Source of the DNA: Pontiella sp.
GTDB taxonomy: Bacteria; Verrucomicrobiota; Kiritimatiellia; Kiritimatiellales; Pontiellaceae
Assembly (NCBI GenBank): GCA_050290185.1
Contig: JBNKHE010000008.1
Coordinates: forward strand, 32,001-96,000
Length of the DNA stretch: 64,000 nucleotides
Direction: 5' to 3'
Both the position numbers and the translations under genes were made by a program. The notes under the pieces were generated by a model that was not told where the DNA came from, did no database searches, and saw only the letters and a list, made by a program, of their open reading frames with translations. Below are positions 31,558-39,588 of this stretch, piece by piece; the stretch's first letter is position 1, and the number at the start of each line of letters is the position of its first letter.

Positions 31558-32798
31558 GTGTAATCAACTTTACTTATGATGAGTGAGCTATTTATGGCTC
31601 CGCTTCCATGGGAGTTTATTAGAAGCTTGCCTATTTCCGTATGCCTCGGCTCCTGCGATACGAAATCCAGATTGCAATCTGGATCAAGATTAACGAGGTT
31701 TGCCGTTGGCGGTACTACTTGATTGGCAATCGCCAGAGAACTTGCGATTACTTGATGGGCGCCTGCCGCCCCCAAGGGATTTCCGGTTGCTCCTTTGATT
31801 GAGGTTACGGGAACTGAATAAGCATGTTTTCCCAAAAGCTGCTCAATCAGTTTCGATTCTGCGGCATCAAGTATTTGGTCGCTGGGCCCGTGGGCAAAAA
31901 CAACATCAATTTCACGAGGTAACAACCCGGAATTGGCTAGTGCCTTATTCATGCTCGAGAGTAAGCCATTGCCGGCGCCGTCATAGTTAAGATCTCGGGA
32001 TGTTCCATGTCCAAGAATTTCAGCATACAAAGGAGCATTTCTGCTTTGGGCATGTTGCATGGATTCGAGGATGACAATCCCGCTGCCCTCGGCAAGTACT
32101 CCTCCGTCTCTGTTAATGTCAAAAGGGCGGCTTGCATGCATAGGGTCGTCGTTGTTCACGCTGACCATTCCGGCCGCGCAAAAACCGGCCATGGCTGACG
32201 GGACAATGGGAGCCTCGGTACCTCCGCAGATGCAAATGTCGGCTTTGCCTTCTTTAATTAACTTAGCTCCTGCGGCGATCGCATCAAGTCCGCTGACACA
32301 GGTATTGGAAATCGTGCTGATTTCCGTTTCTACTTCAAGCATGGCGCCTAGTAAACTGGACGCGGCTAAGTGAATGCATCCTTCTACCGCATATGGGACA
32401 AGTTTATTGGGGCCCATTTTGGCTACCCGGAGAATTTGGTTCTCAATGTGGTCAAACCCACCTAGGCTAATGCCTAGGATGATTGGTATAGGGGCCGCGC
32501 TTAGAAGGTCGGTATGCGCAATTCCCGCATCTACATTCGCATCGGCGGCAGCCCTCAAGCCCAATTGCACATTTCGACTCAGGCGCCTAGATTTTATGCG
32601 CCCATCCATATAGTCCTCGGGCACAAATCCAGTAACTTCTCCTGCAATTTTTGATTTAAAATCTGTTGCATCAAAAAGGGTAATCGGCCCGATGCCAGAT
32701 TCTCCTGCAAGAAGGGAGTTCCAGAAGGCGTCTTTGCCGATGCCGTTGGCGGCTAGTACGCCGATGCCGGTAATCACAACCCTGTTTCTTCCGATCAC
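31551..32798 (-). CDS. Atypical FabF-fold beta-ketoacyl synthase (Cys-His-Asn)
   Basis: RVVITGIG, SGIGPITLFD, NTCVSG, SRPFD.NRDG..LAEG; variant motifs AHGPSD, SIKGATGNPLGAAG, NSHGSG; GTG start. Confidence 0.88.
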   Translation of the reverse strand: MIGRNRVVITGIGVLAANGIGKDAFWNSLLAGESGIGPITLFDATDFKSKIAGEVTGFVPEDYMDGRIKSRRLSRNVQLGLRAAADANVDAGIAHTDLLSAAPIPIILGISLGGFDHIENQILRVAKMGPNKLVPYAVEGCIHLAASSLLGAMLEVETEISTISNTCVSGLDAIAAGAKLIKEGKADICICGGTEAPIVPSAMAGFCAAGMVSVNNDDPMHASRPFDINRDGGVLAEGSGIVILESMQHAQSRNAPLYAEILGHGTSRDLNYDGAGNGLLSSMNKALANSGLLPREIDVVFAHGPSDQILDAAESKLIEQLLGKHAYSVPVTSIKGATGNPLGAAGAHQVIASSLAIANQVVPPTANLVNLDPDCNLDFVSQEPRHTEIGKLLINSHGSGAINSSLIISKVDYTC

Positions 32799-32894
32799 GC
32801 GCTTTGCCCCCTGTGCCCTTATTCGATGCTGACTCGATGGAAAATGATGCCGCATAAGCGCTTCCGTCCGAGAGTCCTGTGCTATTTTGTCTCA

Positions 32895-32923
32895 ATTAAA
32901 TATCAATATATTGTATAGATCAA
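32895..32923 (-). promoter_or_regulatory. Putative sigma-70 promoter for the KS-HK-HK operon
   Basis: Minus strand TTGATC-N17-TTTAAT. Confidence 0.45.
32901..32913 (+). promoter_or_regulatory. IHF-like binding site
   Basis: TATCAATATATTG matches WATCAANNNNTTR. Confidence 0.55.
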
Positions 32924-32963
32924 GAATTATCACACAACCTGTGGACAAAAACTGAGTGACAAA

Positions 32964-32979
32964 TGGCATAACTGTTGCT
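32964..32979 (+). promoter_or_regulatory. Sigma-54 promoter for fadL operon
   Basis: TGGCATAACTGTTGCT, near-consensus TGGCAC-N5-TTGCW, ~48 nt before the ATG. Confidence 0.7.
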
Positions 32980-33027
32980 ATCAACTATCAGGTTAGATTT
33001 GACCAATTCAACTTAAGGGGCAGTATT

Positions 33028-34257
33028 ATGAATAAACAAAGTTTTTACATCGTTTCCAGATCGGCAATATTTGGTGCGGCAGCGGCAGCGGCAGCGGCAA
33101 TGGCAAGCACTGTAATGGCTGATGGCTACCGGAACCCGCCACCGACCGCTGAAGGCATAGGTAAATCCGGTGTGAATAGCGTATTTGTGGATGATGCGTC
33201 GGCGATTTCGTACAATCCCGCCAACCTCGCACTGCAAGGCAACAACTCATTGGTTGTTGCGGCAACCTGGGCCAAGACGGAGAATTCTTATTCCAATCCC
33301 TTGAATCCGGCGGGACGTGTGGATTCGAATGACGAATGGGTTTTATTGCCCAATCTCTATATTTCCATGCCTTCAAGTTTTGACGGTGTGGTTTTGGGGC
33401 TTGGCATAACAACGCCTTATGGTCAGGGAATCGATTGGACTCCCACGGATCAATACAATCCGTTCGCGCCTATATCGATCTACCAGGCTGAAATCAGTCT
33501 GATAAATATTAATCCAACGGTTGCGTTTAAGATGGGTGATAAAGTGTCTGTTGGGGTTGGCGCGGATATCTATTATTCCGAACTGGTGTTCAATGCTTTG
33601 ACTGGCCTCGGCATAGGCGCTCCTCCGAATGGGAAGGCGAATGCAGAAGGCGATGACTTTGGGTATGGGGGAAATCTTGGCGTTACGTGGCAAATCGATG
33701 AACACCATCGGGCTATATTCACATACCGTAGCGAAGTGAAACTGGACTATGAAGGCGATTTGACGGCAACACCGGGCTCTTCGCTGACCAGCAGTAGCTT
33801 TGGTCTGGGCGTTACTTATCCCAACACGTTGGCTGCAGGATATGGTATTGAGCTGACGGAAGACATCCGCATTGAAGCCAATATCGAATGGCTTGAATGG
33901 TCTTCGACCAAGGTGCAGGTTGCCGATCTCGGAGCAAACGGAGCCCTGCCGCTGCCGCAAAACTGGGACGACACCTTTACCTTTGGGATTGGTGGTGATT
34001 GGAAGCTCGATGAAAATTGGGTGATCCGAGCAGGCTATGCCTTTATTGAGTCACCGATTCCGGACTCTACTATTTCACCGTTGCTCCCTGATTCCGACCG
34101 TCATGCTTTGAGTTTGGGGGCGGGCTATACTTCGGGGGGCCATACCGTGGATGTCGCCTATACGTTCAGTATTTACGATGATCGGGGCATGACGGCTTCA
34201 GGCACATATGACATTGATTCCGACTTGGTGGGTGTGACATATTCCTACTCGTTTTAA
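33028..34257 (+). CDS. FadL/OmpP1/TodX family outer-membrane channel
   Basis: Signal peptide, DDASAISYNPA hatch motif, TPYG, ININP..AFK, W.D, R.GYAF..SPIP, PDSDR, C-terminal YSF. Confidence 0.9.
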   Translation: MNKQSFYIVSRSAIFGAAAAAAAAMASTVMADGYRNPPPTAEGIGKSGVNSVFVDDASAISYNPANLALQGNNSLVVAATWAKTENSYSNPLNPAGRVDSNDEWVLLPNLYISMPSSFDGVVLGLGITTPYGQGIDWTPTDQYNPFAPISIYQAEISLININPTVAFKMGDKVSVGVGADIYYSELVFNALTGLGIGAPPNGKANAEGDDFGYGGNLGVTWQIDEHHRAIFTYRSEVKLDYEGDLTATPGSSLTSSSFGLGVTYPNTLAAGYGIELTEDIRIEANIEWLEWSSTKVQVADLGANGALPLPQNWDDTFTFGIGGDWKLDENWVIRAGYAFIESPIPDSTISPLLPDSDRHALSLGAGYTSGGHTVDVAYTFSIYDDRGMTASGTYDIDSDLVGVTYSYSF

Positions 34258-34272
34258 CCGGAGGTAGGAACC

Positions 34273-35460
34273 GTGGAATCGAAACAGTTGCAAGGCACGA
34301 TTTTAGTAATCGATGACGAGCGGGGACCGCGTGAAAGCCTGCGCATGGTACTCAAGTACGATTATGAAATGTTCCTCGCCGACCGCGTTGATGGCGGAGT
34401 GGAGCTGTTGCGCGAGCATCAACCGGACCTTGTGATTATGGATATCCGCATGCCGGAGAAAAGCGGTATTGAGGGGTTGCAGGAGATCCGCGAGATCGAC
34501 CCGAACGTTTCCATTGTCATGCTTACCGGCTACGGGGATCTGGAAACCGCCCAGCAGGCCATCCGCTACGGGGCCAACGACTATCTCCAAAAACCTTTTG
34601 ATGCCAATGAGATTCAGGAAGTCGTAAAGAAGTATGTCGATCGGAGCAAGCTCTACTCGCGCAAACGGCAGGCACAGGAAGAGCTTCAGAAGATGACCCA
34701 GTCGTTGGGTCGGGAAGTCGGGAAAACCAATAAGCTAACATCGTTGGGCGCAGCCTCGTCCGAGTTGGTTCATGATCTGCGTAATCCGCTCACCATCATT
34801 CGCGGCTATCTTGATCTGCTCAACTACGAGCTGAAGGAAAAACAGGAATCAACATCCGATGAAATGAACGAATATCTGGATCAGATCGAACGCAACGTCG
34901 AACGTTGCGCTGAGCTGGTCGAGTCATGGCGTTCGCTGGGCCGGTTTGATTTTTCCCAGTTGCAACGGCTCAATCTTCCAAAGCTGCTGAACGACTGTTT
35001 CCGCGATGCTGCGGCGCATTCCGATATCTCCTTTTCGCTGCAGGTGGAAGGAGGGGAAGAGCAGTATGAGATGCTGGGAGAGCGGTTGCAGATGCAGCGG
35101 GCTTTCCAGAATCTGATCGACAATGCCGTTGAAGCGGTTGCCCAGGTCTCTTCTCCGGGAATCACGATCTTGTTCTCCATGAATCATGCGGATATAACGG
35201 TCAAGGTAAAGGACAACGGATGCGGCGTTGATGCAAAAAATCTGAGATGGATTTTTGAACCGTTCGATAATATGGCCACAATTGAAAAGGGCGCCGGCCT
35301 CGGATTATTTATCACCAAAAAGGTGCTCGAAGAGCATCGTGGCACCTTGCAGTTTGAAAGCAAGGTGGGGGAAGGTTCCGTCGTTACGGTTCACGTTCCG
35401 CAGGCCCACACGGCCCTTGGATATTTTTCCAGTCCCGAATCTATGATCCAAGCCCGATGA
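34273..35460 (+). CDS. Receiver-histidine kinase hybrid (REC-HisKA-HATPase)
   Basis: VIDDE, MDIRMP, TGYG, KPFD; VHDLRNPL; NAVEA, DNGCG, GAGLGL. Confidence 0.9.
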   Translation: MESKQLQGTILVIDDERGPRESLRMVLKYDYEMFLADRVDGGVELLREHQPDLVIMDIRMPEKSGIEGLQEIREIDPNVSIVMLTGYGDLETAQQAIRYGANDYLQKPFDANEIQEVVKKYVDRSKLYSRKRQAQEELQKMTQSLGREVGKTNKLTSLGAASSELVHDLRNPLTIIRGYLDLLNYELKEKQESTSDEMNEYLDQIERNVERCAELVESWRSLGRFDFSQLQRLNLPKLLNDCFRDAAAHSDISFSLQVEGGEEQYEMLGERLQMQRAFQNLIDNAVEAVAQVSSPGITILFSMNHADITVKVKDNGCGVDAKNLRWIFEPFDNMATIEKGAGLGLFITKKVLEEHRGTLQFESKVGEGSVVTVHVPQAHTALGYFSSPESMIQAR

Positions 35461-35467
35461 ACTCCCG

Positions 35468-37084
35468 ATGAGTATTTCCGATTCTGTCTCTGCCGCAATC
35501 GCATCCTGGAAACAGGATCTTGGCGAGTCGGCCGTGATGACTGAATCCGGTCCGCTGGATGACTATACAAGCAGTGTTTGCGCATCATCACGTGAAGTCG
35601 TCGCTGTTCTTAAGCCCACTTCAATGGAGCAGGTTCAATGCATCGTTGCAAAGGCCAATGAACACAAGGTTCCGCTCTACCCCATCAGCTGCGGCAAGCA
35701 GTGGGGAATGGGGTCAAAATTGCCCGTGGAAGATGGCGCCGCCATTGTCGACCTTTCGGGAATGAACCGGATCATCGAAGTCAATCCCCGGTTCCATTAC
35801 GCAGTCGTCGAACCGGGTGTGACGCAACGGCAACTGCTCGACTATATCAAAGAGCACCATTTTCCGCTTATGCTCAATGTAACGGGCTCCACATCCGATA
35901 CCAGCCTGATCGGGAATGCGATGGATCGTGGTGTGGGCTACTTTGATTCCCGGGCACACGGAATTTCCGATATGCAGGTTGTTTTGGGAAATGGGAAAAC
36001 CATCCAAACCGGATTCAGCCACTACGGGAATGCCAAAACAAAAAACCTGTACGCTCACGGTGTGGGACCTTCGCTTGATGGACTGTTTCCTCAGGGAAAC
36101 TTTGGCATTGTAACCTCCGCGTGTATCGACCTTATGCCCAAACCCGATGAGCATATGTCGGTTATTTTAAAGATCGATGCAGAGGAGAAGCTTCCGGCGC
36201 TCATCAATACGCTGGTGTCGTTGCGATCGAGAGGTGTATTCGCAACGATAGCGCACATGGGAAATCGTGAGCGCTCGTACATCACATTGGCGCCGTTGCT
36301 TTATGAGCAACTGGTAAAATCCGGCGAACCAGAAGGAGAAGCCACTCGAACTAAGGCCGTGACCATGCTGGAAGACGGCGGCTTCGGACCATGGAGTGCG
36401 GCCATCGGCATCCTCGGAACCAAGGACCAGCTCAAGCTGGCAAAAAAAGAAATTCGCAAGGCGGTCAAAGGCTTTGCCTCGACGATGTTCCTGAATGACA
36501 ATCTGATTGCCTGGGCAAAGGCCTTTGCCCAAAAGCTGACCTTCATTCCGGCGGTCAAGAACCAGCTCATGATGCTCAAGGCCATAGAACCCGTCTATGG
36601 ATTTACGGCGGGCGAAGCCACCAATCAATCGCTAAAGGCTGTGTATTGGTCAGCCGGCGACTATGAACACCTAGACGCTTCCGATCCCGACCAGTCTGAT
36701 AGCGGCCTGTTATTCTGCCTACCCATCATTCCTGCCGACGGTCAAGCTGTGAACGAAGTCGTCCGCGATACCCGCGATACTTTTTCCCGCCACGGTTTCG
36801 AGGCCGCGATTACTGTAAATCTAATGAGTACCAAGGCGATGGAAGGCGTTGTCAGTCTGGCATTCGATCGCCGCGATCCGGAGCAAACCCAACGGGCGCA
36901 TACCTGCATTCAGGAGATGGAAGCGCGCTACATGACGCAGGGTTATCCTCCATACCGGGTTGGAATCAATTCCATGCACCATGTGGTTCGGGAAGACGAT
37001 TCGTTCTGGCAAACCATCCGGGAACTCAAGACCGTGCTCGATCCGAATAATATCATTGCGCCCGGCCGTTACAACTTGGTGTAG
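35468..37084 (+). CDS. FAD-linked oxidase, vanillyl-alcohol oxidase/p-cresol methylhydroxylase family
   Basis: YPIS.G..WG.GS, DLS.MNRI, VEPGVT, GPSLDGLF.QGNFGIVT, GYPPYR, LDPNNIIAPGRY. Confidence 0.9.
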   Translation: MSISDSVSAAIASWKQDLGESAVMTESGPLDDYTSSVCASSREVVAVLKPTSMEQVQCIVAKANEHKVPLYPISCGKQWGMGSKLPVEDGAAIVDLSGMNRIIEVNPRFHYAVVEPGVTQRQLLDYIKEHHFPLMLNVTGSTSDTSLIGNAMDRGVGYFDSRAHGISDMQVVLGNGKTIQTGFSHYGNAKTKNLYAHGVGPSLDGLFPQGNFGIVTSACIDLMPKPDEHMSVILKIDAEEKLPALINTLVSLRSRGVFATIAHMGNRERSYITLAPLLYEQLVKSGEPEGEATRTKAVTMLEDGGFGPWSAAIGILGTKDQLKLAKKEIRKAVKGFASTMFLNDNLIAWAKAFAQKLTFIPAVKNQLMMLKAIEPVYGFTAGEATNQSLKAVYWSAGDYEHLDASDPDQSDSGLLFCLPIIPADGQAVNEVVRDTRDTFSRHGFEAAITVNLMSTKAMEGVVSLAFDRRDPEQTQRAHTCIQEMEARYMTQGYPPYRVGINSMHHVVREDDSFWQTIRELKTVLDPNNIIAPGRYNLV

Positions 37085-37256
37085 GTTACAACGGGCCAAA
37101 GTGTGCAAAGAGCAGATCGTTTGCGCCCTGTTGTTGTGGACGGCTTGTAAGAGCGTTCTTCCGGAAGATTTATTCTTTGGTCTGGAGGGATATGGAGCGA
37201 GCACCTTTTTTCCCTCGGGCGAAATCAGCAGCTTCCAGCCGATTAACGGCAAGCCG

Positions 37257-37754
37257 CTATGAGTAAGTGAATTCCTTTATCACATGCCGGTTAACCCTGT
37301 TGGTCGCGTGCTGCACCTCAAGGATTTTAGCATCGATCGCTACCAGTTTACTTTCGGATAGTTGTGTGGTTTCTGTGGTGTCGAGTATGTGTCGGTCGAT
37401 TTTTTCTATCATGTCGATACAAGCGCATAGCGCTTGTTTGAAGTTTGACCCCAGTGATAGGTCTTCGTGAGGTACATGCAGTTCGGCGGCAACTATGCAT
37501 AGGGTGCGAAAGGCGCTTAGCATCAATTCCTTCGAACTCTCCCAGGCTTCTTCAGTATCAATCATCTTCCAATAGATATGTGTTGGCGTGGGTGCCATCC
37601 GTTTCTTTTTGTAGTGCAGAACCTCCATCAAGCACACCCTGATGGCGCATAAATGGGCATCCAGCAGATCCCCGTCAATACCCGGTTCCATAGGCGATTC
37701 GCTTGCGGCGTGGTCAGCTTGATCAACCTTGTTTCTCTTGAAAAATGTGAACAT
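37257..37754 (-). CDS. Hypothetical helical protein
   Basis: 165-aa ORF with RBS GGGAGA and AT-rich upstream region; no family recognised. Confidence 0.55.
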   Translation of the reverse strand: MFTFFKRNKVDQADHAASESPMEPGIDGDLLDAHLCAIRVCLMEVLHYKKKRMAPTPTHIYWKMIDTEEAWESSKELMLSAFRTLCIVAAELHVPHEDLSLGSNFKQALCACIDMIEKIDRHILDTTETTQLSESKLVAIDAKILEVQHATNRVNRHVIKEFTYS

Positions 37755-38378
37755 GCTTTCTCCCGTATGCTATGCGGTTGCTACCGATTAAAATACGTAT
37801 ACATAGTCCGCATTAAAAAACATAAATATTTAGTGGAAACAAGTAAAAACAGTATGGCAAATGTGGGTATTTTCGGGCTGTTGCTGAATCGTTGAATCTT
37901 TGTCGGAATGGATCTGACGGTTAACGCATGAATCCAAACAGGCGTCCTCGATCTTCCAGAAGAGTTGTGTTTGGCCGGTTCTGGGTTGAACGTGCCATTT
38001 CCAGTGTTTGCAGGCAGATTGCCTGTTCATCAATCAACAGGACTTAACGTATCGTAGTGGTTGTGCCCTGCCGGGAAAAGAACGGCGCTATGATTCCTGT
38101 TGCGCTGCCACATCAGAGGCACAGGTTGCAACAAGGTATGGAGACGGTTGATAGAAATGCGGATGCGACCGGCCATGGGATTGACCGACAGATATGCGTT
38201 GAGTTCCTCCTCGACCCAATCCTTGTGAGGGCGAACCATATGGAAAAGATCACTCCCATAAGTTTGCGGCATTTCATTCGCAAGGTTCGCTAGATGTTCT
38301 TCAATGGACAGATGCAGGACTAAGAGCGTTCAGCGGGAGTTGCCTGTACTGAACAGAGCGCTTTGTCACGGAGCTATG

Positions 38379-39479
38379 TTACGCAGAAACCGGTCGTTCG
38401 GCCACCCACTGGCGCATGGCATCCTTGGTTTTCTTCCAAGCCGCCGAATCATTGCGCTCTTTCACGAATTCGCGGAAGAGGTGGAAAAACATCTGTCGGA
38501 AGGTCTCGAGCAGGACCATGCGTTCCTGGAACTTGCCAACGCGGTCGAAGGTTTCGGTTTGCGGGAGCTTCAGGCTGCGGAAGACAAATTCGTCGGCGTC
38601 GAACGTAAAGGCCCAGGCCTCCTCGCCGCGCACGAACTGGAGTTTGGCCTTCTTGAGTTTCTTGCCGCTGAGCAGGGCGGTGCGGGCTTCGGCGCTGAGC
38701 ATCGGCTCGCCCTTGCGCAGGGTGATTTCATGCGCTCCCTTTCCTTCCATCACGAATGTCAGTGGGCCCTCTACCATGAAGGCGATTTCCCCGACATCGG
38801 GAATTTGGGACAGTCCGCCGCGTTTTTCGGAACAGTACCACAGCCACATCAGAAATTCGCGCCCGGCGGTGCCGTCGACCATGCCGTCTTCGAGTTCGCC
38901 GGAAAAGCTGGCCGGGCCCCAGTTTTGCACATCGATACTTTCTGTTTTTGCGGCCATCGTTTCCGGATCGGCCACTTGTGCGGAACAGCCGGTTGTTTGC
39001 ATTAGGGTAAGCGCGAAAGCATCGAGTTGCTTTTCGGACGTGGCCGAGGCGTAAATCATATGCGAGCGTTCATCGAACACAAAATCGATGCCCTTGAGCT
39101 GCGGCGGCATATCGGGTAGCAGGCGTTCCTTGACCTGTTTCTTGATTTCGGAGCGCGCCTGCTGGTTGAGGTATTGCTTGTCGTCCGCTTCCATGACCGC
39201 CATTTCTTCGACCGCGCATTCGGCAGCCAGCAGGGAGGACGGCACTGTTTTTTTTGCTTGTGTCAGGGTCAGACGGAGGTAGCCGCCCAGAAAGGCGCTT
39301 TCCTCGGTAATGTTGCGGTCGAGCAGGTGGCGTCCGGCCACCCAGCCGTGGACTTCCTCTTCAACCAGAGTGTTCAATGGCGGCAGCGCCGCGGCGGAAA
39401 ACTTTTCGACATCTTCCGCTCCCAAATCCCGCGATGCGAAAAACATACGGAAGCTCAACGATCCCTTTTCAAATCCCAT
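38379..39479 (-). CDS. rdgC: RdgC-like recombination-associated protein
   Basis: MGFEKGSLSFRMF, GW...L, K.VPSSLL, EIKKQVKERLL, GREFL.WLW, EARTAL..GKK, F.F.SLKLP. Confidence 0.7.
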   Translation of the reverse strand: MGFEKGSLSFRMFFASRDLGAEDVEKFSAAALPPLNTLVEEEVHGWVAGRHLLDRNITEESAFLGGYLRLTLTQAKKTVPSSLLAAECAVEEMAVMEADDKQYLNQQARSEIKKQVKERLLPDMPPQLKGIDFVFDERSHMIYASATSEKQLDAFALTLMQTTGCSAQVADPETMAAKTESIDVQNWGPASFSGELEDGMVDGTAGREFLMWLWYCSEKRGGLSQIPDVGEIAFMVEGPLTFVMEGKGAHEITLRKGEPMLSAEARTALLSGKKLKKAKLQFVRGEEAWAFTFDADEFVFRSLKLPQTETFDRVGKFQERMVLLETFRQMFFHLFREFVKERNDSAAWKKTKDAMRQWVAERPVSA

Positions 39480-39515
39480 CTCAAAACCTCTTCTATCAAA
39501 TTTATTTGGCCCTGG

Positions 39516-39580
39516 CAGCGACGCTGAGGGCGCAGAGTTTATAACGTGCACTTCTCCGCGATCTCTGCATCTCTGCGAGG
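39516..39580. repeat. Intergenic CGCAGAG/CTCTGCG palindromic repeat
   Basis: GCAGCGACGCTGAGGGCGCAGAG...CTCCGCGATCTCTGCATCTCTGCG. Confidence 0.5.
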
Positions 39581-39588
39581 AATGTCTT

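Noticed and set aside
31551..32798. KS as housekeeping fabF or part of an aryl-polyene/type II PKS cluster
   Set aside because: Active-site motifs deviate, and no acpP, fabG, fabD or chain-length factor is nearby
37830..38272. Two short overlapping minus-strand ORFs (67 and 80 aa)
   Set aside because: No recognisable motifs or clear RBS; could be remnants but cannot be supported
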